Source of the DNA: Azolla caroliniana
Lineage: Eukaryota > Plantae > Polypodiophyta
DNA: 64,000 nucleotides
Assembly: GCA_043228905.1 (NCBI GenBank)
Contig: JBHGNT010000003.1
Coordinates: forward strand, 16,244,001-16,308,000
Reading direction: 5' to 3'
Shown: positions 12,301 to 25,346 of the stretch, piece by piece
Layout of the letters: each line of letters opens with the position of its first letter
Numbering within the stretch: the first letter of the stretch is position 1
Notes under the pieces: generated by a model
Seen by the model: the letters and a program-made list of their open reading frames with translations, nothing else
What the model was told of the DNA's origin: nothing
The model's database searches: none
Made by a program: the position numbers and the translations under genes

Positions 12301-12640
12301 ACGTCTTTGGATGTTGTTGGCAATCACTCTCTTGAAACTTGTAATTTAACACGGACACGTCCCTTTGATTCATCTCCCTTTTGTATGCATCAAGGAACTT
12401 TGTAATGTTCCTTCCATCAAGATAACCCTCGAGCTCTATCACACGGTCGACGGCCTTCGGCCTTCTCCACGGCCACATCGTTGTCCTGACATCTCATCAT
12501 TTGTTCAACGATTAGCATCATCCTTTGGAACTCTCTCGCTTGATTTCTTGAGGACGCCATCTCCAAGTATCGGTTGATCCTTGACTTCATCCTTCCTGCT
12601 GCCTCTTTCACGGTAGGTTCACCACTTAATTATGTCGTGA
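12301..12640 (-). pseudogene. PBS and 5' gag fragment of minus-strand gypsy B'
   Basis: Inverted homologue of 29334-29670 (KEAAGR.KSRINRYLEMASS; KAVDRVIELEG.DGRN.TKFLDAYKREM). Degenerate Trp PBS 12607-12624. Confidence 0.85.
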
Positions 12641-14031
12641 CAATCACATAAAACTATAAAAGGATGGAGCTCTTGAAGAGCTTTCGGATGCACTTTACTA
12701 CATAAGAAATAGACACCTAAGTGTCAACTTATATGGGTATAAAGTTTTGCAAAAGAAAAAAAAAAGAAAAATGGGAAATATCCCACATAGATAGGAAAGT
12801 TAAGGCCCTGTCTATATAAGCACATTGAGATCCCTTATTTTCCATTTGTGCTAAGAGCACTTTGGCCACTTTGTCTAGATTGATGAATGTGGCCAAATTC
12901 CCAAAAACCGACTAGCAATAAAATGGAACTGGCCGGTAATGAAACCAGAATCGGCCGGAAATCAATTTGGAATTGGCCGATAAACTGGAAACCAAACTAG
13001 AACCAGCCGGTAAGCAAACTGGAACCGGCCGGAAAGCAAACCGGGACCGGTCGGTAAGTAATTTGGAACCGGCTGGTAAGCAAACTAGAATCGACCGGAA
13101 AGCAAACCGAAACCGACCGGTAAGCAATCCGGAACCGGCCGGTCGGCGGCAGATCCGGCGATAGAGGCGTCAACTGGCGGTGGAGTCGGCGGCATCCGAC
13201 GTCATCCGGCGGCATTCGGCGAACCAACGTCATCCGGCGACATTCGATGATCAGATAGATATATAAATAAATAAATAAATATATGTATACATATATGTAT
13301 ATACACAAGGATTGCAAGTGTGGACTTGAACCTTGCACCTCCAAGTTGAAATGATATTTTTGTCATTATAGTTTTACATGTAAATTCTCATACATGAGAC
13401 CTTAAATGAGTGAGGTGGTTATCATGCACCACATGTAATACATGAGCGCCAAATGGCAAACATGCATGTCTTGTACCCTTAAATGCATGAGGGCATCTAT
13501 AAAAGAGGGGAGGAAAAAGATGAAAGGACTAATGTAAAATTTTGGAATGATCAAATAAGAGACTTGTAACCCTATTGTTGATGTATCTTCTCTCTCAAAT
13601 CTAAAATTGTTGGCCGGTCAGAGAAGGCAAATGGGAAAGCAAGGTCGGATCGGATAAATATAGAAATAGGAATAGAATTATTAGGAGGGACGGATCCGGT
13701 AGTTGTAACCGATCTGGATCCGAACCGATTCGGTTTCGGTTAACGGTTGCCTACCGAGCACCGATTGTAATCTGGCCGGATGCCTATAAAAAGGATCCGA
13801 TGTTTTGTAATGAAAGCACGAAGAATTAATATAGTTTTGCTTATGCTGATTCATCTTGTCTTCGTCTGTGCTTAAGTGTAATTATCATACGCGTGTATTA
13901 ACATCCTATCCCTACCACCCCTTTGGAGAAGTGTCGGATAGACACCTGTGTTGCGGCTAGTCCAGCCATACATACAACACTATTTTGGCGACCACGATTC
14001 CTGCAGAGTGCAGAGGACAACCGGGGGATGG

Positions 14032-16735
14032 ATGTCTAGACAAAATAACGACCACATCACCGAAAGAGGGAGACGCCACGCCGAACGGCAGCGACGACGG
14101 GAAGCCTTGCAGCAAGCCGTCGACGAGATCCGGAGCGATCGGTCATTCTCAACAACGCTTCGGCAAATCGCAGAAAACGCACTGCAGTTCCAAGTTCTAC
14201 AAGCTTCCGACGAAGGCAGTAGCATAACCAGCCTCCAAGAAGCGGAGACACTACTACAGACTCTCGCTGGCGGCGACGGGGACGCAGCGGCATTTGCAAC
14301 ATTAGAGGCGGATTCGGATAGCGGGGAAAGCGTGGGATCCCGCTATAAAAGCAGACACGGGAACAACCCCTTTGAGTCGGATCACTCAGCAACATCGGAG
14401 CCAGAGGAGGAACTAACTCTGGAGTTCGGTGACCGGCAATCGCCGAGGAGGGAGGAGCGGATACCAACACCACCCGCGGAGGAACCGCAGGAGCGGATAC
14501 CAACACCACCCGCGGAGGAACCGCAGGAGCGGATACCAACACCACCTGCGGAGGAACCGCAGGAGCGGAGACCGACATCGGAGGAACCAGCGCAGGAGAA
14601 TCAGTGGGACGACACGATGCCGTATCCGTACCCAAAGTATCGGGATGAGCCCGACGGAGAGGCACATGTGTATGCATTCCTGCGAACATGGGAAGCCAAC
14701 CACGTGTCCCAGAGACTGACGGAGGCCGAGGCCGACCGATCCAAAGTCGCCGAATTCGGCATGACATTAGAAGGACCGGCGGCCCGGTGGCACGACAAGC
14801 ACTTACCAGGCAGCTTCGCCACGTTCGAGGCATTGAAAACCCAGTTTTTACGCTTGTTTCATAGACGAGTGGAACAAAGGGAATTGGTCGGACAATTCTA
14901 CACCACTCGGCAGGGAGAAAACGAGACGGTCCCACAATTTATCGTTCGTTTCCAGACCTTGCACAGTCAATTAGCAAGAGCACCACCCGAAGAGGAGGCC
15001 AAGGCCGTCTTTTTGGCTGCGTTAAAAGACCCACTTCGAGCGATGTGTGGAATCATCGATTTCAGCACCAGCACAATGGACCAAGTCATTGATCGGGTCC
15101 TGGAAATGGACACCACGAGCCCCTTCTTGCCGATGGGGGCGTTACACCAGGCGCTTCCGAAGGAGGAGGATCTCCGGTTCCGACAAGCCCTACAATGCAC
15201 AACATGCCTAAATTCGGGGCACTCGACCGTCGACTGCACCCTGCGTGCACAGTGCATGATATGCAATTCTCGCGCCCACACAACGAACCAATGCGAGTAT
15301 AACCTGTTAACTCGACAAGCGGCACCGGTCCGACACATTGAACCGCGCAATCGGGACCCGGAAGAGAATCGATTCCGGAGGGACGACCGCTACCGACGAG
15401 AACGCGGCGACAGATACCCCGATAGAAGACGCGACAGCTATGACCGAGAGGAGAACCGAAGGGATAGCTACCCCCGGGACCGGTACGACCGAGAGGAGAA
15501 CCGAAGGGATAGCTACCCCAGGGACCGGTACGACCGAGAGGAGAACCGAAGGGATAGCCACCCCCGGGACCGGTACGACCGAGACGAATCCCCGGAATAC
15601 GAGCGACGAAGAGAAGAAAGGCGGCCAGGAAACCGGAATTTCCAACGGAACCAAAGGCGTGGATTCTTCCGTAGAGAGGAGCGTCGGGAGGCAACAAAGA
15701 ATGACAAACCAGTAGCGGCACCGGAGAACCGAAAAACCGAGGACAACCGCCGGGGAATGCCCCTTCCCCAAACATGGGAAAAAGGAGAATCCAGCAACAC
15801 GCACAGGGTGTATTGTTATTACTGCCGAAAAGAAGGGCATTACAGTAATCAATGCCCAAGCAAAACAGCCGACAAGCAGCCAGCAGTCAACATGGTGACA
15901 GCCGACGTACAGCAGGTTATCACGCGGTCGAAAGGGAAGGCCGCCGAATGGGAAGCCCAGGAAGCAATCAGAAAACAAGCGGCACAATGGATCAAAGAAG
16001 CCAACGAACAAGGTGCGGCGGAAGTAAGAAACCAAAATATGCCAAGGGAGGAAGAAATCGTACAGCCAGGAGAAAACCCGACATGGCAAGCACTACAAGA
16101 TTGTCAGATCGTGCTGCCGTTGGCACGGTTACTGCAGTTGGTGCCGCGGTTCACAGCAGACTTACAAGCCGCCGTAAGCAAACCGACGCCGACGCCGGCA
16201 CCGGCATTTTTCTCCAACCCGGAGGAAGGCCCAGCGGTGGTTGATACCAGTAGCCCAGCAATCACGACAATCGTCAAAGGAAAGGAGATTCCAGGAACAA
16301 TTATTGACGGAGGCTCCGGGGTGAACGTCATTAGTCGACAGACATGCGACGACCTAGGCATCCAGGAGTGGGAACCATGCCCCTTCTGGTTACGCATGGC
16401 GGATACAAGCTCAGTCCGACCAACTGGTCTTATCCGGGACTTGGAAGTAACAATAGGAGGCCACGTATTCCGAATATCGGCCGTGGTACTAGAGCTGAAT
16501 GTACAAGGCGCATATCCCCTACTGTTAGGACGACCATGGCTGCGAACGGCGCATATCAAGCAAAATTGGCAAAAGAATATGATCACGTTCCGACGAGGGA
16601 AAACAAAGGTACGGGTAGCCACGCAACCACGGGTGCTCACTAGCAAGGAGGCAACCCCTTTATATGCCGAAAGCATCAACATGTTGGAGGGCTTACCGGA
16701 TGAAGAAATTGATCGGTACCTCGAGGAACACCCAC
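14032..16735 (+). CDS. Element T gag-protease, 5' part of a single gag-pol ORF, interrupted by copia C
   Basis: Retrotrans_gag-like LEGPAARW...FL.LF, three CCHC knuckles, protease IIDGGSGVN...LLLGRPWL. Confidence 0.9.
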
Positions 16736-19700
16736 TGTCGAATACATGTGTATAATGGACGTATTCACACTATTCCGTTTTGGCCATTTATGAAATTATC
16801 ATAAAGGGTAGTTGCCCTAAGTCGGTCACTATATATAGTGACCTTGTAACCTCTTTGTGAGGTTGGATGTTGTATTATTTGCTTTATGGAATAAAGACTC
16901 TTTTGTGCCTCTCTCTCTCTCTCTCTGTGCAACGACCTACCTTCTGTCATACGCAGGTACTCAGAACAGAACTGAATGCTCCTTGATCTTCCGCATTGAC
17001 GACCTCGCTTTCAACATCTGGTATCAGAGCCTGCACAGTAGTCGGTCCTTCAATCCGCTGTCGGCCGTCGTCTCAGCATTCGGTTTCCTGCGTCATTCGA
17101 AGAAGAGAGAAGAAGAAGAAAAACAGGTTTGCATCTCATCGCGTTAGATCCTCTTGCTTGGAGTAAGCCTTCAGGTTGTACTCTGTTCCTTGTGATCGTA
17201 ACCGCTCGAGGTGAAATCCCCTTGTGCAACATTGACGCGATCGTGCTCCACTCGGTTAAACAGCATCCGAAGAGGTAATCAAACGCCGCTCGTTGTAACC
17301 ACTCGGTGCAGATCGGTCTTAAGACAACAGCCCCAAATTCGTGCTTCATCTGGCTGATCGACATTCGGGAGGATCAGTTGGATCCGTCTCTCTCGTCACT
17401 GCAGCCACCCGAAGCAGAATCGGTCCAAATAATCGGTTTCAATAATCGGTATTCGGCATATATATCCGAAGCGAACCGGGCTCACTCCGACTCGGCAACA
17501 TTCGGGAAGACCAGTCGGTTCTGTCCCTCAAGCTACCGGAGTCAATTCGAGCAAGTTCCGAAGCCGAACCGACTCGGGTTCAAATCTGACTAGAACGATA
17601 TCGGGTGAGCCAACCGGCTGCACTCCAACAAGGTTCGTAGTCAACTCCGAACCGAGCTTCGTCAACCGAAACCGAATTTGATGGCATCAACATCCGGCTC
17701 GTCAGAAATGAGTCTACGAAAGTTCGATGGATCGAACTTCAACTTCTGGAAAGAGCAAATGCAGGACTATCTCATAGTCAAGGGACAAATCGATCCCATC
17801 GAAAATGAAGAACCTCCAGAAGGATACAAACCAGTTGAGTGGCAGAAGCTGGACAGAATCGTCCGTGCCACGATTCGGATGCACCTATCGGAATCGGTAT
17901 ATTTTACGGTGCAATCGTGTACGACAGCATTCGAACTGTGGAAAACACTGTCGGACACTTACGAAAAGAAGGTCGCCGCAACGAAGATGTTTCTGATCCG
18001 GCGCCTCTACAACTTGCGGATGAAAGAATCCGATTCGGTTCAAGCACACCTCAATGAGTACGAAAGCATAAGCTCCCAAATCTCGTCACAGGGGACGGCA
18101 ATTGAGGATGAACTCAGAGCAATGATACTCATGAGCAGCCTTCCCTCATCATGGGAAACTTTCGTCACAACCGTGTGCAACGCGTCAACCACGGCTGTTA
18201 AATACTCCGAAGTCACGAGCGCAATCCTGACCGAAGCAGCTCGGAGAAAGTCTTTCGCCAAAGACTCAACAGACGACGCTTATGTAGTACAAGGTTTGAC
18301 AGACCGATCGAACATACGAGGAAGAGATTCCTCACGACCGCCGAACAATCAGCGAAGACGGAGCCAGTCACGGGATAACCGAATCTGCAATTATTGCAAG
18401 AAACCCGGACACATCAAAGCCGACTGCCGCGCACTCAAGAACAAGAACAACAAGAAGAGTGGCCGGCATGAGGAGATCAATTACGTCAGCTTCTCAGCTG
18501 ATGTACTACCTGACGACCCGAATATACTATCAATAGAAAATCCAGTCGGATCAGAAGTTCTACTCACGACTGAAGAATCGAGCACATGGCTCTTGGATTC
18601 GGGCGCGTCATTTCACGTGACTCCTCATCGATCCCAATTTCGGCAATATACGATCCGTCACTCCGACTCAGTTCGAGTCGGCAACTCACAACACTGTGAC
18701 ATCGTCGGAATCGGCACAGTAGAGCTCAACCTTGCAGGGGGCTCTACACTTGTACTCCACAATGTCCGACATGTACCCGAGCTCACAAGGCCATTGATCT
18801 CAGTCGGACAACTAGATGAAGACGGCATTCGTGCCGGTTTTTCTTCGGGAGGGTGGACACTCCACAGGGGGAACCTCCTGCTTGCTAGAGGACCCAAGAT
18901 ACACTCACTGTATCCGTTACATGTTACGCTCAGAGAGGGTAACCTGTTTTTGGTGGATATTCCTGTGTCATCACTATGGCACAGAAGATTAGGACACCTC
19001 AGCAAGGCCGGCATCACGCACCTATCTAGAGCCGGATACATCCCTAAACTCTCCTTCTCCGACCATCAATTTTGCGAGCATTGCCAGTATGGCAAACAAG
19101 CAGCCACATCACACCCGACATCAGCACCAAGAGAATCGAGACCTCTCGATTTGGTCCACTCGGACGTCTGTGGCCCAATGCCGCATCAGTCTCTCGGTGG
19201 TGCCTCTTACTTCGTCACTTTTATTGACGATTCGACTCGAAAGGTGTGGGCTTATCTAATTCGCACCAAAGATCGGGTCTTCTCGATCTTCACCGATTGG
19301 CTCGCTATGGTAGAAAATCAAACCGACCGAAAGCTGAAATGCCTTCGGACCGACAATGGGGGAGAGTTCAAATCAGAAGAATTCGTCAAATTCTGCCGAC
19401 AACGCGGCATCCGACGTGAATTTACGGCACCACACAGTCCGGAGCAAAACGGGATTGCAGAACGAATGAATCGGACAATCCAAGAAAGGATAGTTTCCAT
19501 GCTCCAACACTCCGGACTGTCGGATGGCTTCTGGGCAGAGGCTCTACTCACGGCAGTACACATAATCAATATGTCGCCAAGTAGACCTCTAGGACTTCAA
19601 ATTCCTCAGGAACTATGGAACGGCAGTAAGCCGAATTACGACAAGCTGAGGATCTTCGGATGCGAGGCGTACGCCCTTATTCCGAAAGATGATCGCCGAA

Positions 19701-22168
19701 AACTTGCACCTCGGTCCAGGAAATGCATTTTCCTTGGATATGGATCCGACGGCGAAATGGGATACCGACTCTGGGACCCCGAACGCAGACAAATCGTTCG
19801 AAGTTCGGACGTTGTGTTCAACGAGTCGGCTATGAATCCATCAGTCGAAAAACCGATCGAAGTCCGAAGGGTAACATTTTCCGATGTGCCGACCCTTCAA
19901 GAAGGCCCCGCTCTCAACACACGGTCAGCTTCACGGGTAGCTGAACCTTACACTACCGACTCGGACAACTCCGACTCGGCACAGCAGAACAATCCGCTTT
20001 CGGACCATCCGACCACGATACCCGATGCGACCAGTCCAATCATGCCTCGACGATCCGAGAGACTGTCGCAACCTCCGGAGAGGTATTCTCCTGGAATTTT
20101 CTTCACCGACGCCGGCGAACCGACGTCTTACGAAGACGCATCGACATCTGTCGATTCAGCCACCTGGCATCTGGCGATGGAGTCGGAAATGCACTCCATT
20201 CGGGCAAACAAGACTTGGGATCTGGTTGAATTACCCAGGAACCGACGTGCTCTTCCTTGCAAGTGGGTTTATCGACTAAAAGAGACGTCTGATTCGACCA
20301 CCCCAAAGTACAAGGCCAGATTAGTTGCGAAGGGCTTCCGACAAGAATATGGTGTCGACTTCGACGAGATTTTTTCACCAGTGGTGAAAATGACAACCCT
20401 TCGTTTCCTACTCGGCGTAGTGGCAGCCGACAACTTGGAGCTGATTCAGCTAGATGTCAAAACAGCATTCCTCCATGGTGATCTTGACGAGGAAATTTAT
20501 ATGGAGCAGCCAAAAGGCTTCGTGGCCACCGGCCAAGAACATCTAGTCTGCCGACTCAGGAAGAGTCTATACGGCCTCAAACAGGCACCGCGACAATGGT
20601 ACAAGAAGTTCGACGACTTCATCCAATCGATCGGCTTCTCCAAAAGCGATGAGGACCATTGTCTCTTCACCAATACAGCTCAAGATGGATCACCCATCTT
20701 CCTCATCATTTACGTGGACGACATGCTAATTTCTGGACGCCACGCGGGCGAACTTGCCGATCTCGTTCGGCAACTGCGGTTGAAGTTTGCCATGAAGGAC
20801 CTCGGTCCGGCACGACACATCCTTGGCATGAAGATTAGTCGGCATCGCGATAAACGACATCTTTTTCTGTCTCAGACCGACTATATCCGACGTGTCTTAG
20901 AACGCTTCAACATGCAATCAGCCAAATCTGCTTCAACCCCGCTCCCTATGAATCTTCGGCTCTCTCAGCGAGACTGCCCGACATCCGGTCCGGAGGGGGA
21001 AGATATGAAGTCGGTACCGTATGCACCGGCAGTCGGCTCCCTTATGTACCTGATGGTCGCGACACGGCCTGATATTTCTCACGCCGTAGGAGTCGTCAGC
21101 AGATTTATGCACAATCCTGGCCGATCGCATTGGAACGCAGTCAAGCATGTGTTCAGATATCTGGCTGGCACAAAAGACCACGGCATTCTTTTCGGTCCGA
21201 ACCGAACCTCAGGCGTAGTCGGTTACACCGACTCGGATTTCGCCGGCTGTATAGACAGTCGGAAATCAACAACCGGATACTGCTTCAAATTCGGCAATGG
21301 AGCAATCTCGTGGAAGTCGAAACTTCAGGAGTGCACAGCGACCTCAACGACCGAAGCAGAATATGTAGCTGCGTCCGACGCAGCAAAAGAAGCTTTGTGG
21401 CTCGGTCGGCTGGCGCACACGTTTCGACAAGTCGAACATGACTCGGCTCCAGTTGTCTACAGCGACAGTCAAGGTGCTGTTGCCTTGTCGAAAAATCCGG
21501 TTCACCACAACGCCTCCAAGCATATCGACGTTCGATATCACTTCGTTCGGGACTGCGTCATTTCAGGGAAAATCGGTCTAGAGAAAATATCCACAACCGA
21601 CAATGTCGCAGATGGAATGACCAAATGTCTTTCGGCAGACCGCTTTCGGTCTCTTCGGCATCAGATGGGCGTAACGACAAACCAGTCCGGTTAGAGCCGG
21701 ACACAGAGCAGGATGGTTCCCGACAACCGACGTCAGTTCCTTAATGATCGGCTTCAACTGTTCCGACCCGACCAGTTCGGTCTTCTGCCTTCGGACCCTG
21801 CCGACTTGAACAAAGCTGATATGTCCGAGAACCTAAGTCTATACCTGTAATCTTAGATAACCCATGTATACGCCCATTACGGGGGAGTGTCGAATACATG
21901 TGTATAATGGACGTATTCACACTATTCCGTTTTGGCCATTTATGAAATTATCATAAAGGGTAGTTGCCCTAAGTCGGTCACTATATATAGTGACCTTGTA
22001 ACCTCTTTGTGAGGTTGGATGTTGTATTATTTGCTTTATGGAATAAAGACTCTTTTGTGCCTCTCTCTCTCTCTCTCTGTGCAACGACCTACCTTCTGTC
22101 ATACGCAGGTACTCAGAACAGAACTGAATGCTCCTTGATCTTCCGCATTGACGACCTCGCTTTCAACA
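16736..22168 (+). mobile_element. Intact Ty1/copia element C (Tnt1/Tork-like)
   Basis: 281-bp LTRs 16736-17016 and 21888-22168, identical by eye. TSD CCCAC. PBS TGGTATCAGAGC 17019-17030. PPT GGGGGAG 21881-21887. Confidence 0.97.
17681..21694 (+). CDS. Copia gag-PR-INT-RT-RNaseH polyprotein, intact
   Basis: Open ~1337 aa: CNYCKKPGHIKADC, WLLDSGAS, HSDVCGP/TDNGGEF, QLDVKTAFLHG, IYVDD, YTDSD, KHIDVRYHF. Confidence 0.97.
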   Translation: MASTSGSSEMSLRKFDGSNFNFWKEQMQDYLIVKGQIDPIENEEPPEGYKPVEWQKLDRIVRATIRMHLSESVYFTVQSCTTAFELWKTLSDTYEKKVAATKMFLIRRLYNLRMKESDSVQAHLNEYESISSQISSQGTAIEDELRAMILMSSLPSSWETFVTTVCNASTTAVKYSEVTSAILTEAARRKSFAKDSTDDAYVVQGLTDRSNIRGRDSSRPPNNQRRRSQSRDNRICNYCKKPGHIKADCRALKNKNNKKSGRHEEINYVSFSADVLPDDPNILSIENPVGSEVLLTTEESSTWLLDSGASFHVTPHRSQFRQYTIRHSDSVRVGNSQHCDIVGIGTVELNLAGGSTLVLHNVRHVPELTRPLISVGQLDEDGIRAGFSSGGWTLHRGNLLLARGPKIHSLYPLHVTLREGNLFLVDIPVSSLWHRRLGHLSKAGITHLSRAGYIPKLSFSDHQFCEHCQYGKQAATSHPTSAPRESRPLDLVHSDVCGPMPHQSLGGASYFVTFIDDSTRKVWAYLIRTKDRVFSIFTDWLAMVENQTDRKLKCLRTDNGGEFKSEEFVKFCRQRGIRREFTAPHSPEQNGIAERMNRTIQERIVSMLQHSGLSDGFWAEALLTAVHIINMSPSRPLGLQIPQELWNGSKPNYDKLRIFGCEAYALIPKDDRRKLAPRSRKCIFLGYGSDGEMGYRLWDPERRQIVRSSDVVFNESAMNPSVEKPIEVRRVTFSDVPTLQEGPALNTRSASRVAEPYTTDSDNSDSAQQNNPLSDHPTTIPDATSPIMPRRSERLSQPPERYSPGIFFTDAGEPTSYEDASTSVDSATWHLAMESEMHSIRANKTWDLVELPRNRRALPCKWVYRLKETSDSTTPKYKARLVAKGFRQEYGVDFDEIFSPVVKMTTLRFLLGVVAADNLELIQLDVKTAFLHGDLDEEIYMEQPKGFVATGQEHLVCRLRKSLYGLKQAPRQWYKKFDDFIQSIGFSKSDEDHCLFTNTAQDGSPIFLIIYVDDMLISGRHAGELADLVRQLRLKFAMKDLGPARHILGMKISRHRDKRHLFLSQTDYIRRVLERFNMQSAKSASTPLPMNLRLSQRDCPTSGPEGEDMKSVPYAPAVGSLMYLMVATRPDISHAVGVVSRFMHNPGRSHWNAVKHVFRYLAGTKDHGILFGPNRTSGVVGYTDSDFAGCIDSRKSTTGYCFKFGNGAISWKSKLQECTATSTTEAEYVAASDAAKEALWLGRLAHTFRQVEHDSAPVVYSDSQGAVALSKNPVHHNASKHIDVRYHFVRDCVISGKIGLEKISTTDNVADGMTKCLSADRFRSLRHQMGVTTNQSG

Positions 22169-22173
22169 CCCAC

Positions 22174-25100
22174 AGATCGTTCCACTTTTTGAGGTGGATA
22201 TCACGGCAGCAGTAGAGCCGTACATCACAATGCCGGACGAGCCGGACAAAGTGGCGATCCGGGAACTACGCCAAGCACAGGAAGCCCTAGAAAGAGAAAT
22301 GACGATATCCCAAAGGGTGAAAGCATCCCAGCTGGAAGAGGTGGACCTCGGCACAACAGAACAACCCCGACCGGTAAAAGTCGCGAAGGAATTGCCGAAG
22401 GAGGAAAAACAGGCAATGGTAGCACTGTTAACGGATTTCAAGGACGTGTTCGCATGGTCATACGAAGACATGCGAGGGTTGGACCCCCAGCTCTACCAGC
22501 ACCAAATTCATCTAAGTACTGACGCGAAGCCCATCGCTCAACGTCGGTACCGGATGAATCCAAACTATGCGGCAAAGGTGAAGGAGGAAATTGACAAGCT
22601 TCTCCGGGTCGGATTTATCCGACCAGTCAAGCAGGCAACCTGGCTAAGCCCGATAGTGGTGGTCCCGAAAAAGAACGGCAAAATCCGGGTATGTGTGGAC
22701 TACAGGAAACTAAATGCCGCGACAGTGACCGACGCTTTTCCACTACCATTCACGGACGGAGTGCTAGATGCGGTGGCCGGCCACGAAGTTTACAGCTTCC
22801 TGGACGGATTCAGCGGCTACAACCAAATCCGAATGAACCCGGCCGACCAAGAAAAAACAGCGTTCGTGACGGAATGGGGAGTGTTCGTCGCGGTCGTGAT
22901 GATGTTCGGATTAAAGACAGCCCCTGCAACATTTCAAAGGATAATTATGGAAATCTTCGGTGATTTTATTCCCGGTTTTATGCAGGTCTTCCTAGACGAT
23001 TTCGCCGTCTACAGCCGACACGGAGAGCATTTCGATCACCTACGACTATGCTTAGAAAAGTGCCGCGAGTACCGATTAAGTCTGAACCCGGCGAAGTGCG
23101 TCTTTGGAGTCGCCAGCGGCAATTTGTTAGGCCACGTGGTGAGTCGAGAAGGAATCGCGGTAGATCCGGATAAGGTAAAAGCAATTCTCGACGCACCGGC
23201 ACCGAATAGCGCAAAAGCTTTAAGCCGATTCCTTGGTCAAATAAGGTGGCATAGTCGGATGGTACGGCACCTTGCCGACTTTGCGACACCATTGCACGCT
23301 GCTGTACATAGAGTACCTTTCCAATGGACAGAAATGGAGGAGGCAGCCTACCAAGCGTTGAAGGTCATGCTGTCACAAGCCCCGGTGGTGCAGCCGCCGG
23401 ACTGGAGTAAAAGCTTTCACGTCTTCGTCGACGCGTCGGACGTAGCAATCGGCAGTGTTTTGATGCAACTCACGGAACCGAAATGGTATCGGCCGGTGTA
23501 CTACGCAAGCAGGAAACTCTCGAAAGCCGAACGGAACTACTCTACAACGGAACGAGAGGCATTAGGAATGGTGTACAGTGTCACAAAGTACAGGCACTAT
23601 CTGCTCGGACGAAAGTTCTCCTTCCACGTTGACCACTCGGCACTACTCTACCTGGTCTCAAAGGCAGCCCTGACAGGAAAACTCGCACGGTGGACGCTGC
23701 TATTACAGGAATTCGAATTCGACATTTTCCACCGACCCGGGGTGCAGCATGCGGTAGCAGACTACCTGAGCAGACTAGAATCCGGAGAATCAGGGGACGG
23801 CGTACAGGATGAATTTCCCGACGCCGAGCTGTTTAAGGTCACGACGGCACCGGCAACGGAGACCACAGTAGCGGACGAAGACAAATGGTTAACCGAAATG
23901 CATCAGTTCCTGAGCACCGGAGTTCCCCCGGAAAACTTGGACCGAGACGAACGGAAGAGGATGGCAGTACGGAGCAGACATTTCTGCTTGGTAGGAGACA
24001 CCCTCTATCACAAGGGGGCAGATGGCGTATGGAGACGAGCAGTGCGGAGCGATGAAAAGGATCTGATCCTGAGGGAAGCCCACTGTGGAATTGCAGGCGG
24101 GCATTATGCCGGCGAAACAACAGCCCGGAAGATATGGCAGAGCGGACTATGGTGGCCTACTACCATGAGAGATGCCGTTAAGTATAGCAGGGAATGCGAC
24201 CTCTGTCAACGACTGGGCCAACCCACGGAGCAGGCCCGGATGCCACATCACCCGGTCTTGCCATTAGAACCATTCCAAAAGTGGGGCTTGGACTTTGTCG
24301 GCCCCTTTAAGCCACCGGCAATGCGGACCGGAAATCGGTATATAATAGTGGCTACCGACTACTGCACCAAATGGGTAGAAGCAAAGGCACTACGGGACAA
24401 CACGGCGGCATCCACGGCCAAATTTTTATATGAATGCATATGGTGTCGGTACGGATGCCCGATTGAGCTGATCAGTGACCAGGGAGGACATTTCCTCGGA
24501 CAGGTGGTGGAAAGTTTGACGTCATTCTATGCGGTAGTACACAAACGAAGCACTCCCTACTACCCTCAAGCCAACGGATTAGCGGAATCAACAAACAAAA
24601 CGCTACAGAACATCCTTAGAAAAATCGTCAATGAGAACCGGACCGACTGGGACACGAAGTTGCAGAGCGTGCTGTGGGCGTACCGAACGGCGTACAAGAC
24701 TAGCATCCGGACGACCCCGTTCCGACTGGCATTCGGCTTGGAAGCAGTCATGCCAGTAGAATTCCAAATTCCTAGCTTAAGAATACAGGTTAAGGAGCGG
24801 TTAAGCGAGAAGGAATCCGAACGAATCCGGCTGAAGATGCTGTTAGAACTGGAAGAAAATCGAATAGCCAGCCTACTACAGCTAGAACTAGAGCAAAGGA
24901 GGAGGAAAGCCTTTGTAGACCGACATCGGCGCGGTAACGAAAAGGAATTCGAAGTCGGGAAACCAGTATTGCTGTTCCAGACACGGATGGGGAACATGCC
25001 GGGGAAATTGCGATTTCGGTGGACCGGACCATTCTGGATCACAAAGGAGTACAATGGGTCTTACCAGCTCGGGACGTTGTCAGGAGAAGTTGTGGGTAAA

Positions 25101-25271
25101 TGGGCAAATGGGTTTCGCCTAAAACCGTATAAAGGGCACATGCCAGCTAACCCCTTCAAGCAAAACCCGGAAAACCCGAATTGCGAGGAACCGACACCGA
25201 CGCGTAACAACGACGAGGAACTGACAACAGTGCACACCGACCCGAACATATCGGGGGGAACCGAACAATGA
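22174..25271 (+). CDS. Element T pol (RT, RNase H, integrase), 3' part of gag-pol
   Basis: LDGFSGYNQI, MMFGLKTAP, FLDD, VDASD/EREAL/DHSAL, H-H-C-C, GLDFVGP, GPF. In frame with 14032-16735 once copia C is removed (EHP|QIVPLFEVDIT). Confidence 0.95.
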
Positions 25272-25287
25272 TGAGGCACAGATTTTT

Positions 25288-25309
25288 AAAAAAAAATAAA
25301 TAAATAAAA

Positions 25310-25344
<35 letters not shown>
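25288..25344 (+). repeat. A-rich/poly(A) tract between pol and the extra ORF
   Basis: About 57 bp of nearly pure A. Confidence 0.9.

Positions 25345-25346
<2 letters not shown>

Noticed and set aside
14057-16682. Long antisense ORFs over T gag (also over ORF3)
   Set aside because: Shadow frames of GC-rich repeat-containing coding sequence.
25288-25344. LINE/SINE poly(A) tail
   Set aside because: No element body or TSD upstream; it directly follows the pol stop inside T.
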